Source of the DNA: an uncultured bacterium
GTDB taxonomy: Bacteria > Cyanobacteriota > Vampirovibrionia > Gastranaerophilales > Gastranaerophilaceae
NCBI GenBank assembly: GCA_963839525.1
Contig: CAWIVJ010000013.1
Location: 3,183 to 67,182 of the forward strand
Direction of reading: 5' to 3'
Length of the DNA stretch: 64,000 bases
Position numbers and translations under genes: made by a program. Below are positions 29,250 to 38,517 of this stretch, piece after piece. A model generated the notes under the pieces. That model saw only the letters and a list, made by a program, of their open reading frames with translations. It was not told the origin of the DNA and made no database searches. Position 1 is the first letter of the stretch; the number at the start of each line of letters is the position of its first letter.

Positions 29250-30281
29250 TTAATCTATCATTTTTGCAAGCTTGAATATATAATCATCATTGGTTTTTGT
29301 AATCATCGGGCTTGGAATGAAGTTTTCTTTAAATTTTTCTATTGCATACCGGTCAGTCATGCCTGAAATATAATCACATGTAATTCTCTGTGCTTTTTCC
29401 AATCCGCAATTAGGAATTAAAAGCTCAATATAATAATTAAAAAGCCACTTAACTATCTCTCTTGCTTTACCTTCATCAAGCTTTGCCGGGGAATCTATAT
29501 AAATATGCTGAAACATCCATTCTCTCAGTTTAGTTGTATAATGCCAGCCTTCTTCACTCATAGAAACATTTGGTTTACCAATCGAATTATTAACAATTTC
29601 TTCTATCATTTTATTCAATCTCTTCTTTTGGTTAGAAGAAAAATATTTTATACAATCCCGAGGCAAATCACCTTCTGCTATAATTCCTGCACGAATTGAA
29701 TCCTCAATATCGTGGTTAATATAAGCTATTTTATCTGCAAGCTGCACGACCTGACCTTCAGGTGTTTTTGGCTGAAAACCCCAGGTATGGGTTAAAATCC
29801 CGTCAATAGTTTCCTGACACAGATTTAATTTTTCTAAAAATTCAACAACCCGAACACTTTGCATATTATGATGAAAGCCGCCCGGCATAAGTTCATCCAA
29901 AACGCTTTCTCCGCAGTGACCAAAGGGAGTATGGCCTAAATCATGTCCCAGAGCAATTGCTTCCACCAAATCTTCATTTAAATCAAGCGCTCTTGAAATA
30001 GTCCGTCCAATTTGAGAAACTTCAAGAGTATGAGTTAAACGGGTTCTAAAATGGTCATTAAAGGGCGATAAATAAACTTGCGTTTTATGCTTTAATCTGC
30101 GGAATGCTTTTGAATGTAAAATTCTGTCTCTGTCTCGCTGAAAATCTGTACGCAGCGGACATTCATCTTCCTGTTTTTTTCTGCCCGCAGAAAATCGGCT
30201 CTTTGTTGCAAATTCGCTTAAGGTTTTGATTTCTTTTTGTTCAAGTTTATATTTTATTGTATTTTTTAATTCAGTTGTCAT
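29250..30281 (-). CDS. dgt: dGTP triphosphohydrolase-like HD-domain protein
   Basis: RTDFQRDRDRILHS, RLTHTLEV and GHDLGHTPFGH motifs. Confidence 0.85.
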   Translation of the reverse strand: MTTELKNTIKYKLEQKEIKTLSEFATKSRFSAGRKKQEDECPLRTDFQRDRDRILHSKAFRRLKHKTQVYLSPFNDHFRTRLTHTLEVSQIGRTISRALDLNEDLVEAIALGHDLGHTPFGHCGESVLDELMPGGFHHNMQSVRVVEFLEKLNLCQETIDGILTHTWGFQPKTPEGQVVQLADKIAYINHDIEDSIRAGIIAEGDLPRDCIKYFSSNQKKRLNKMIEEIVNNSIGKPNVSMSEEGWHYTTKLREWMFQHIYIDSPAKLDEGKAREIVKWLFNYYIELLIPNCGLEKAQRITCDYISGMTDRYAIEKFKENFIPSPMITKTNDDYIFKLAKMID

Positions 30282-30344
30282 TTTAAGTCTCCAAATAAAT
30301 TATACTATGAAATTAAGTATTTAACAGTTATTTAATACTTCAAC

Positions 30345-30382
30345 CTAAATACATTTTGAAAATACTTCCAAAATGTATTTAG
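30345..30382. promoter_or_regulatory. perfect 14-bp inverted repeat in the dgt / aminotransferase divergent intergenic region
   Basis: CTAAATACATTTTG - 10 nt - CAAAATGTATTTAG. A third half-site-like AAATGTATTTTG lies about 15 bp downstream. Confidence 0.35.
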
Positions 30383-30465
30383 AATTTGCATATATAAATG
30401 TATTTTGTGTATAATTAAAAATAACTGATATAAAGGGAATTTGTCGGACATACTTTGGAGGATTT

Positions 30466-31707
30466 ATGAAAGAGCTTTTTAATCAATATGTACAATCGCT
30501 TGAAACTTACATAATGTTTCAAATTGGGGAAACCGTTGCCAAAATTAAACCCGAGCTTGAAGCCAAAAACAGAAGTCCGATTTCTTTATCAATGGGAGCG
30601 CCTGTTAAAAACCCTCCGCAATTTGTCATTGACAAATTAAAAGAAGCTCTTGATATTAAGGGTATTCATTCATATTCCAACCCAAAAGGCGAAGCTTTTT
30701 ATCTGGAAGCTATCGCAAAACGTATGGAAAACCGCTTTGGAATAGATTTAGATCCAAAAACTGAAATATTTTCGCTTATAGGTTCAAAAGAAGGTATTGC
30801 GAATTTAATACGTGAATTAATTAATCCAACATCTAATGAATTTGAACGCGATATTATATTAATTCCTGATCCGGGTTATGCTTCTTACAAAGAAATGATT
30901 AAAGTATCAGGCGGAGTAGGATATTCTGTTCCTTTAACTCTGGAAAATAATTACATGCCTGATTTGGATGAAGTTTGGGAAAGCCTCAAAAAAGACGGCT
31001 ATAGTGAAAAAAAAGTTAAAGCATTGATTATAAACTATCCTAATAATCCGCTTGGAGCAACAGCTACATTTGATTACTTTCAAAAAACCGTAGAATTTTG
31101 TAAAAAACATAATATCTTGTTAATTTCAGATGCTGCATACACAGATATGTACTTTGATGAAAAAAACCTTCCGCCAAGCATTTTACAAGTTGAAGGAGCA
31201 AAAGATATTGCGGTTGAATTTTTTAGTTTTTCTAAACCTTATGCAATGACAGGATGGAGATTAGGCTGGGTTTGCGGAAACAAAGAAGCAATATCTATAT
31301 TCGGCAAGCTTAAATCGACTCTTGATACAGGTATTTTTAAAGCGTTGCAAAAAGCGGCCTCGGAAGTTCTCAATTCAAAAGAAGGCGATGAATATATTAA
31401 AGAAGCTAATTCAGGCTTCAAGAAGAAGCAGGAAATTCTTGTTCGCGGCTTGAAAGAGCTTGGCTGGGACATGGATAATTTAAATATTCCTGACGCAACT
31501 TTCTATTTATGGCTGCCAATTCCGCCAAGATATAAATCTTCAAAAGAATTTACGGATGATTTAATGTATAAATCCGGCATTGTAGCAGTTCCCGGAAATG
31601 CTTTCGGTAAATACGGGGAAGGATTTTTTAGAATTTCAATTGTTTGCAGCGACGAAAGCTTGCAGGAAGTTATCAGCAGAATGAAGGAAGACGGATTTTG
31701 CTTTTAA
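30466..31707 (+). CDS. class I/II PLP aminotransferase, LL-diaminopimelate aminotransferase (DapL)-like
   Basis: LIGSKEGIAN, PDPGYASY, NYPNNPLGA and the SFSKPYAMTGWRLGW (PLP-Lys) motifs. DapL assignment is by resemblance only. Confidence 0.7.
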   Translation: MKELFNQYVQSLETYIMFQIGETVAKIKPELEAKNRSPISLSMGAPVKNPPQFVIDKLKEALDIKGIHSYSNPKGEAFYLEAIAKRMENRFGIDLDPKTEIFSLIGSKEGIANLIRELINPTSNEFERDIILIPDPGYASYKEMIKVSGGVGYSVPLTLENNYMPDLDEVWESLKKDGYSEKKVKALIINYPNNPLGATATFDYFQKTVEFCKKHNILLISDAAYTDMYFDEKNLPPSILQVEGAKDIAVEFFSFSKPYAMTGWRLGWVCGNKEAISIFGKLKSTLDTGIFKALQKAASEVLNSKEGDEYIKEANSGFKKKQEILVRGLKELGWDMDNLNIPDATFYLWLPIPPRYKSSKEFTDDLMYKSGIVAVPGNAFGKYGEGFFRISIVCSDESLQEVISRMKEDGFCF

Positions 31708-31762
31708 GTCTAAAATTAAAGTAAAAACTTCTTACTTGATTTAACAAAGAAAGGAAAATCCT

Positions 31763-32878
31763 ATGTTTAAGAAAATCATTTTACTGTTTATTGTTGTTAT
31801 AAATATAATAATTATTCAAAATACGGCTTTTTCTAAAGAAAACTATACTCAAAGTTTCTATATGAAAAATTTGCAAAAGAAAATTGAATCCAATTGGTTT
31901 ATTCCTGAAAAATCTGAAGGCAAAAGTGCTGTTATTTCTTTTGATATAAATAAAAAAGGACAAATTTCAAACATAAAAATTTTAAGAGGCTCAAAAGATG
32001 AAAATTTTGACACTAAAGCCATAGCGGCGGTTTTAAAAACAGGTTCTTTTTCTCCTTTGACGGATAATAAAGAAACTCTGAGCATACAATATTTTTTTAG
32101 CCCTCTTTTTACAAGTGTTATGGCGGTTAAGAATAAAGTTAAACAACCTTTGTTTTACAGCGAAGGCAGAAATATTATAGCTGTTTCAAACAGAATTTCG
32201 TATGTTAACTTTATTCCTTATGCAAATAATTTAGCAGGAAAAATTAATTCTAACTGGGTTCCTCAAAAATCAAAAAAAGAAAAAACAACAATCGTTAAGG
32301 TTAAAATAAGCAAAGACGGAACCCTTGAAGATTATAAAATTGTAAAATTTTCAAAGGATAAAAAATTTGATAAATCTATTTTGGATGCTATTTCAAATTC
32401 GGTTCCTCTGGAAGCTTTACCGTCAAATTTTGATGCAAAGAGCAAAATTATTCACCTCACTTTTAAATATATTCCTAAAGAATGTAAGCAGTCAAACCAG
32501 CACTTTATTAATGCAAAAGTGAATAACCTTAATGGTTACGATGAATATGTCAAACAGGTTGAAAGTATAATTTCCGCGAGTATAAGCGGAAAAAGCTATT
32601 ATCATCACAAAGATATAATTTTTGAAATGAATATTGATGAAACAGGTAAAATAAAATATGTAAAAATTAAAGAACCTACAAATGATAAAAACTTTAATAG
32701 AAAAATACTGGCAATAATGCAAAAAAACTCATTTCCGCCAATCCCTGATGAAATGAATATGAAAGATATTACGCTAAATTACGAATTTGTGACTCAAAAA
32801 GGGCTTTCTTTGAGAGATTTTTTCTTTGATTGTGTTCTTAATTTTGGAGCAAAAAGCCTTAAATCATTTTGCATTTAG
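31763..32878 (+). CDS. exported protein with three TonB/TolA C-terminal-like repeats
   Basis: Signal/TM N-terminus. Three modules of the form Y..L..KI..NW.P......v.f.I.k.G.i....I..SS.d..FD..A..A......f.PLP. Confidence 0.6.
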   Translation: MFKKIILLFIVVINIIIIQNTAFSKENYTQSFYMKNLQKKIESNWFIPEKSEGKSAVISFDINKKGQISNIKILRGSKDENFDTKAIAAVLKTGSFSPLTDNKETLSIQYFFSPLFTSVMAVKNKVKQPLFYSEGRNIIAVSNRISYVNFIPYANNLAGKINSNWVPQKSKKEKTTIVKVKISKDGTLEDYKIVKFSKDKKFDKSILDAISNSVPLEALPSNFDAKSKIIHLTFKYIPKECKQSNQHFINAKVNNLNGYDEYVKQVESIISASISGKSYYHHKDIIFEMNIDETGKIKYVKIKEPTNDKNFNRKILAIMQKNSFPPIPDEMNMKDITLNYEFVTQKGLSLRDFFFDCVLNFGAKSLKSFCI

Positions 32879-32948
32879 TACTTAATGTTAAAATTTATAT
32901 TTTAGTTATAATATAGATAATAATTGAAATATAAAATTGGAAGTTTTT

Positions 32949-34112
32949 ATGAAAAAGTTTTTAACACTTGTTTTACTAATTTTGAGTTTTGCGTTTGCAC
33001 ATAATAGAGTTTTTTCTCAGGAACAAAATATATATTTTACAGCTTATATGAACAGGCTTCAAAATAAAGTATATTCAAATTGGATTATACCCCATGGAGA
33101 AACAGACAAAAAAACAATTATAACTTTCGATGTTGATAGAAATGGAAAAATTTTAAAAGCAAACGTTACAGAAACATCCGGAGATGAAGATTTTGACAAA
33201 ACTGCTTTAACAGCCGTTTATAAATCTGTACCATTTGAACATCTTCCTAAAAGTATAAAAGACAACAATATTAAAATTCTATTCACTTTTAATCAAAATT
33301 GTTTTGAAACAAAATCAGTTTTAAATTCTCAAATTATTAAAGAAAATTGCCAGAAAAATTGTGAAAATAAATTAACACAAGTTTCAAAGTCTGATTTAAT
33401 TAATCAGAACAATAAAAATGAAAAAAATTGTGTTAATTTTAAACCATATATGAATAATTTAGAAAAACAGATTAAATTAAACTGGAAGCCACCTAGATTT
33501 TCAGAAAGTAAAAGAGTCGTAGCATTTTTTAAAATTCAAAAAGACGGTACACTTGTTGAACCCAAGATATATAAATCTTCAGGAAACCAAAATTATGACC
33601 AAAAAGCTTTGGCAGCTATCTATGCCTCTTCACCTTTCAAGCCTCTGCCCCAAAATTTTAACGGTTCTTCTGTAGATATACAATTTACTTTTGATTACAA
33701 CATTTTTGGAATAAAAAATTATAATTCTTCCAAGGATAATATTAATACAGATTTAAACACTACCGCTTCAAAGGATTATCAAAAAATAATTAAAGCTATT
33801 CTTTACCACTCTTTGCCCAAAAAGGTATACTTCCGTGAAAAATGCCTTATATTAAAAATAACAATTAATAAGAGTGGAAAAATAGATTCAATTAAAGTTA
33901 TTCATTCATCAAACGATAAAAAATTTGATAATTTTTATATTTCAGCAATAAAAAAATGTTCTTTTCCGCCAATTCCCGACTCTCTGATGGCAGAAAATTT
34001 TTCTATTAATTATATAGTGAGCGCAAAGAGATCCAATTATGAGCCAAATTATCCTTTTCATGGTAGTTTTTGGTTTTTATTAGGAATGATGTTTTCGTCT
34101 GTATTCAGGTAG
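32949..34112 (+). CDS. paralogous exported protein with three TonB/TolA C-terminal-like repeats
   Basis: Same three-module architecture as the upstream gene. Start set to ATG 32949 (MKKFLTLVLLILSFAFA). Confidence 0.6.
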   Translation: MKKFLTLVLLILSFAFAHNRVFSQEQNIYFTAYMNRLQNKVYSNWIIPHGETDKKTIITFDVDRNGKILKANVTETSGDEDFDKTALTAVYKSVPFEHLPKSIKDNNIKILFTFNQNCFETKSVLNSQIIKENCQKNCENKLTQVSKSDLINQNNKNEKNCVNFKPYMNNLEKQIKLNWKPPRFSESKRVVAFFKIQKDGTLVEPKIYKSSGNQNYDQKALAAIYASSPFKPLPQNFNGSSVDIQFTFDYNIFGIKNYNSSKDNINTDLNTTASKDYQKIIKAILYHSLPKKVYFREKCLILKITINKSGKIDSIKVIHSSNDKKFDNFYISAIKKCSFPPIPDSLMAENFSINYIVSAKRSNYEPNYPFHGSFWFLLGMMFSSVFR

Positions 34113-34178
34113 TAATGACCGAATAAGTTTATTTTTATTATGTTTGATTTATAATAAAAAGGGTATGAGGGTAGAAGT

Positions 34179-34805
34179 ATGAGTATATTAGATTCGGTGT
34201 TAGTACCGATAATAGGATTTATAGAACACACAATAACAAAAATGGGACCGTTGGGAGTTTCTTTTTTAATGGCAATCGAATCCTGTAACATTCCGCTTCC
34301 GAGCGAAGCTATTTTACCATTTGCAGGATATCTGGTCAGCAAAGGAGTCATGTCAATACACGTTGCAGCTTTTGCGGGTGCTTTCGGTTGTGTTTTAGGC
34401 TCAATTCCTTCGTATTATCTTGGATATTTTGGCGGAAGACCTTTTATTGAAAAATATGGTAAATGGTTTTTAATCAGCCGTCGTGATTTAGAAATGGCTG
34501 ATAAATGGGAGCAGAAGTACGGAAATTTTGCTTTCTTTATTTGCCGTATGCTGCCTATTGTAAGAACTTTTATATCGCTTCCGGCCGGTATTTTAAAAGC
34601 TGATTTAAAAATATTTTTGATCTTTACTTTTATCGGCTCCCTAATTTGGAGTTATCCGCTTGTTTATGTTGGCACAAAGCTTGGGCAGCACAGAGAAATC
34701 TTAAAAGCTTTCTGGCATAAATTTGACATTGCAATTGTTTTTGTATTATTTGTTTTAGGTATTTTATATTTGATAAATCATTTTAAACATTTGAAAGATT
34801 CTTAG
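34179..34805 (+). CDS. DedA-family (SNARE-associated) membrane protein
   Basis: IESCNIPLPSEAILPFAGYLV and LPIVRTFISLPAG motifs. Confidence 0.85.
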   Translation: MSILDSVLVPIIGFIEHTITKMGPLGVSFLMAIESCNIPLPSEAILPFAGYLVSKGVMSIHVAAFAGAFGCVLGSIPSYYLGYFGGRPFIEKYGKWFLISRRDLEMADKWEQKYGNFAFFICRMLPIVRTFISLPAGILKADLKIFLIFTFIGSLIWSYPLVYVGTKLGQHREILKAFWHKFDIAIVFVLFVLGILYLINHFKHLKDS

Positions 34806-34861
34806 TTTTGAAGGGTGGATTCCCTAACTCGCCAGTAAAGATAAACAAGAAGAAAATCTTC

Positions 34862-35065
34862 TTAAATTGATTGTGTCATGGAAATCCCATATAAGGGCTT
34901 TACGCTTATCTCGTTTTTGGGACTAATATTTTGCAGAGACTTTTTTAAATTATCGATTGCGGCTTCTTCTGTTTTGCCAAATCCAAGTAAATTCTTAATA
35001 ATACAATTTGCAACATAACCCCGATTTCTACCGTTTTTATAAATCATTGCAGGATATTCTACCAT
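34862..35065 (-). CDS. HicB-like / UPF0150 family small protein (orphan; no HicA seen)
   Basis: YPAMIYKNGRNRGYVANCIIKNLLGFGKTEEAAIDNLKKSL pattern. Confidence 0.5.
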   Translation of the reverse strand: MVEYPAMIYKNGRNRGYVANCIIKNLLGFGKTEEAAIDNLKKSLQNISPKNEISVKPLYGISMTQSI

Positions 35066-35200
35066 AATTAACCCCTTTTTCTTTTAATTTTATAAATATC
35101 GGTTTAAAATTTAACCTCTTCATTTCTTTTTGAAAAAATACTATAGGTGCAGTATATTTTTGTGATAATATATTTTCTAGAAAGTAAATAAAGAGGGATT

Positions 35201-36145
35201 ATGAAAGTAAGTGTTAAAGTACCGGCGACCACGGCAAATTTTGGTTCAGGCTTCGATTGTATAGGCATGGCTTTGCCCATTTACAATATAATAACGATTG
35301 AAGAAACGGTTCTTCCTGGTACAGGAGTTGAAATAAATGTTATTTCTGAAACTAATGACGATGACGAATTTGCTATCGAGCATATTCCAAAAGACGAAAA
35401 TAATATTATTTATAAAGCCGTAGAAACGCTCTATAATTCAATCGGTCAGGCTCCAAGTGAATTAAAAATCAATATAAAATCACAAATTCCTATAGCAAAG
35501 GGACTTGGAAGTTCTGCTTCAATAATTGTGGGCGGACTCTTAGCGGCAAACGAACTTCTTAACAAACCTGCTGATGAGGCGGCTTTGCTTTCCATTGCAA
35601 CAGAGGTTGAAGGTCATCCGGATAATGTTACTCCTGCAATTGTTGGCGGGCTCGTACTTACTTCTCTGGAAGACGATGGTAGTATAGTTTATAAGAAACT
35701 TCATTGGCCGGAGGAATGGCATTTAACTCTTTGTATTCCGGATTGTGAGCTTGCAACAGATATTTCACGTTCAGTACTGCCTTTGCAGGTTAACTTTCGT
35801 GATGCTGTTTTTAATTCAAAAAGAACAGCTATGTTTATTGAAGCTTTGCACACTAAGGAGGTAGGATTAATGAAGCTTGCGCTTCAGGATAAATTACACC
35901 AGCCTTACAGAATGAAGCTTGTACCGGGCTTATACGATATTATGGATAATTTAAAACATGAAGAAAATGTTATAGGATGCGTTTTAAGCGGTGCAGGACC
36001 TGCTATTTTGGTCATTTCTCAAAAAAATAATTTAGACAAAATTAAATCAATAGTCAGTGATACATGGGCAAATTATAACGTTAAAACAGATTTTCGCACT
36101 TTTAAAGTGGAAGAACAAGGTGCTCAAATCTTAGAATCTGCTTAA
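35201..36145 (+). CDS. thrB: homoserine kinase
   Basis: KVPATTANFGSGFDCIGMAL and the GHMP motif PIAKGLGSSAS. Confidence 0.9.
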   Translation: MKVSVKVPATTANFGSGFDCIGMALPIYNIITIEETVLPGTGVEINVISETNDDDEFAIEHIPKDENNIIYKAVETLYNSIGQAPSELKINIKSQIPIAKGLGSSASIIVGGLLAANELLNKPADEAALLSIATEVEGHPDNVTPAIVGGLVLTSLEDDGSIVYKKLHWPEEWHLTLCIPDCELATDISRSVLPLQVNFRDAVFNSKRTAMFIEALHTKEVGLMKLALQDKLHQPYRMKLVPGLYDIMDNLKHEENVIGCVLSGAGPAILVISQKNNLDKIKSIVSDTWANYNVKTDFRTFKVEEQGAQILESA

Positions 36146-36525
36146 CATAAATTAAAAAGGCACATTATTTTGTTGCCAAAAAGTAAAATCCCGATAGCTA
36201 TACTTATAAAAGTTGCCACCATAACTGAACCGGCAGCTATATCTTTTGCCATACCGCCGAGTTTTGAATATCTGTTGCGAAAAATTGCGTCAAGTGAAAA
36301 TTCTATTGCTGAATTTACCATTTCGGCAATTATTACAATAGCAATAGCTATTAGTAATATACAGAATTCTATTGCATTAAATTTTAAAGTAATTCCGCTT
36401 ACAATGATTAATAATGAAACAGCAAAGTGTACCCTTATGTTTTTTTCACTTTTTAAAGCTAATCTGATCCCTTTAAAAGCATTTTGGCATGTGCCTGAAA
36501 ATCCCGGTCTTTTGTATTTTGTCAT
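36142..36525 (-). CDS. dgkA: diacylglycerol/undecaprenol kinase (DgkA family)
   Basis: 127-aa three-TM protein with the ...NSAIE...MAKDIAAGSV pattern. Confidence 0.8.
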   Translation of the reverse strand: MTKYKRPGFSGTCQNAFKGIRLALKSEKNIRVHFAVSLLIIVSGITLKFNAIEFCILLIAIAIVIIAEMVNSAIEFSLDAIFRNRYSKLGGMAKDIAAGSVMVATFISIAIGILLFGNKIMCLFNLC

Positions 36526-36705
36526 TTTTCTAATTTTTATCCTTAATTTTGTTTAATACTGAATTTTGCATTTTAACAATAAAATTATACTTCTTATTAA
36601 TTTTATCGTCAATTTAGATAAAATTAAAACCGAAAACGAGTTGACTTAACAAACATAATAACAAAAAATACTTATACTTAATATCATAATTTATTACAAA
36701 TATTA

Positions 36706-37392
36706 TTATTCCAGAATTTTTTCAACAACACTCATGGCATGGATTTTTGTTGTGTTGAATAAAGGCAAAGAAGCTTCTTGAATAAGCAAAGGAATTTCCG
36801 TACATCCTAAAATTACTCCCTGAGCTCCATTTGCATTCATCTTATCAACAATTTCCAGATATTTTTGTTTTGATTCTTCTTTGATAATCCCCCTGCAAAG
36901 TTCTTCATAAATTATTCTATTAACTTCTTCTCTGTCTGCTTTTTCGGGTACAATGGTTTTTATTCCGTGTTTATCAGATAATCTTTTTGAGTAAAAATCT
37001 TCTTCCATTGTAAATACTGTTCCTAAAAGACCTACTTTATTTATTTTTTGTTTTTTTATTTCATTTGCAACACTATCTGTTATGTGAATTAAAGGTGTTT
37101 TAATTTTTGCTTGCATTTGAGGTGCTATTTTATGCATTGAGTTTGTACAAATTACGATATATTCAGCACCGCAGTTTTCAAGAGTTTTTGCAGAATCAAT
37201 AAATCTGTTCGCTAGCTCATCCCATTCATTTTGAAATTGCAAAGTTTCCACATCGTTAAAATTAAAACTTTCAATAATCAATTTTGCAGAATTTCCTTTT
37301 CCCAAAGCTTTTCTTACTTCAGAATTAATAATTTTGTAGTACTCTACAGTTGATTCAGGGCTTAGCCCGCCTAAAAGTCCAATTTTTTTCAT
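36706..37392 (-). CDS. aspartate/glutamate racemase family protein
   Basis: KKIGLLGGLSPEST, IVICTNSMH and GVILGCTEIPLLI motifs. Start moved to ATG 37392, preceded by AAGGAGG. Confidence 0.8.
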   Translation of the reverse strand: MKKIGLLGGLSPESTVEYYKIINSEVRKALGKGNSAKLIIESFNFNDVETLQFQNEWDELANRFIDSAKTLENCGAEYIVICTNSMHKIAPQMQAKIKTPLIHITDSVANEIKKQKINKVGLLGTVFTMEEDFYSKRLSDKHGIKTIVPEKADREEVNRIIYEELCRGIIKEESKQKYLEIVDKMNANGAQGVILGCTEIPLLIQEASLPLFNTTKIHAMSVVEKILE

Positions 37393-37521
37393 TTTTTCCT
37401 CCTTATTGCTATTACCTTGATTTCTTGATACTATAAAACCATAGAGATTGTGGCAAATAAACACAAAAACAAATAAATAATTAAAACTTTGCCATAAAAA
37501 TTAAGGCAAAAAGGAGAAAAT

Positions 37522-37998
37522 ATGCAAAAAATTAGTGTTGACGAAATTTCACTTAAAATTCTCGCACTTTTACAAAAAAATGCGAGAATGTCTTTTACTG
37601 AAATAGGCAAAGAAATAGGCTTAGCATCTTCAAGTGTCACAGAAAGAGTTAGAAAACTTGAAGACGCCGGAATAATTAGCAATTATACCATTAATTTAAA
37701 CCCTGAAAAGCTGGATTTTCCGATTGACACAATTATATTACTGAGTGTGTCCGGTGCGTTTGCCCAACAAGAAAAAAGAATTGTAGAAGCTGTTTCAAAA
37801 TACCATCAAGTTACGGAATGTCTTAGAATAAGCGGAAAAAATGACTTTTTGATAAGAGTATTGGCTGCTTCTATGGATGAATTTAAAGCTATCAATGATG
37901 ATATAGCGAGATTCGGTCAAGTTGAAACTTCATTTGTTGTCACAAAATTTATAAATAATACAGCAATAGATGTTAAAAAAATGTTAGATGAAAAATAA
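37522..37998 (+). CDS. Lrp/AsnC family transcriptional regulator
   Basis: ILALLQKNARMSFTEIGKEIGLASSSVTERVRKLEDAGII plus a C-terminal RAM-like domain. Confidence 0.85.
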   Translation: MQKISVDEISLKILALLQKNARMSFTEIGKEIGLASSSVTERVRKLEDAGIISNYTINLNPEKLDFPIDTIILLSVSGAFAQQEKRIVEAVSKYHQVTECLRISGKNDFLIRVLAASMDEFKAINDDIARFGQVETSFVVTKFINNTAIDVKKMLDEK

Positions 37999-38517
37999 TT
38001 AATAATATATTGTTTTAATTGCAGAATTCTGGGCTTCAAGTATAAAATTATATTCTTCGTCTGTATTGTGGTTAAATCCAAGCAAATGCATTATTCCATG
38101 ACTTATTAGAAAATAAAGCTCCTCTTCAAAGGTGATATCTTTTTCATTGGCGTTTTGTACAACTTTATCTAGAGAAATTATAATTTCGCCTAAGTTCATT
38201 TCACCATCAAATATAAATTTTTCTTCGCTGTCAGCAAAAATCGCAAAAGTAATTATATCCGCAGGATAATCTTTTCCACGGTATTCTTTATTAATTTCAT
38301 GGGTTTTTTGGTTATCGCAATAGAGAATATCAAACGAAATAGAGTTAAAATTCTGTTCAAAAAGACATGATGAATCAAAAATTTTATTTTGCTTTAGAAA
38401 AAATTGTAGAATTTTTTTTGCAGTTTCAATTGCGTTTTTTTCATTAATTTTTAAACTCTTATGAATATTTTCAGAAAATATATTAATTTTTTTAATCTTT
38501 ATCATTGGAATTATCAT
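37999..38517 (-). CDS. ybeY: rRNA maturation RNase YbeY
   Basis: HGIMHLLGFNH (HxxxHxxxxxH) motif. Overlaps the end of the upstream HD gene. Confidence 0.85.
   Translation of the reverse strand: MIIPMIKIKKINIFSENIHKSLKINEKNAIETAKKILQFFLKQNKIFDSSCLFEQNFNSISFDILYCDNQKTHEINKEYRGKDYPADIITFAIFADSEEKFIFDGEMNLGEIIISLDKVVQNANEKDITFEEELYFLISHGIMHLLGFNHNTDEEYNFILEAQNSAIKTIYY

Noticed and set aside
29107-29253. 48-codon Lys-rich ORF (MQENKKQKNKKIKVEIKNMGVNIDKNEYKEIV...) between 28834..29091 and the dgt 3' end
   Set aside because: It is short and low-complexity, overlaps the dgt stop region, and has no SD or homology evidence.
30359-30373. 15-mer AAAATACTTCCAAAA shared between the dgt/DapL intergenic region and the ppdK upstream region (about 48548)
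   Set aside because: With about 30% GC and 64 kb on both strands, tens of chance 15-mer matches are expected. There is no additional flanking similarity.
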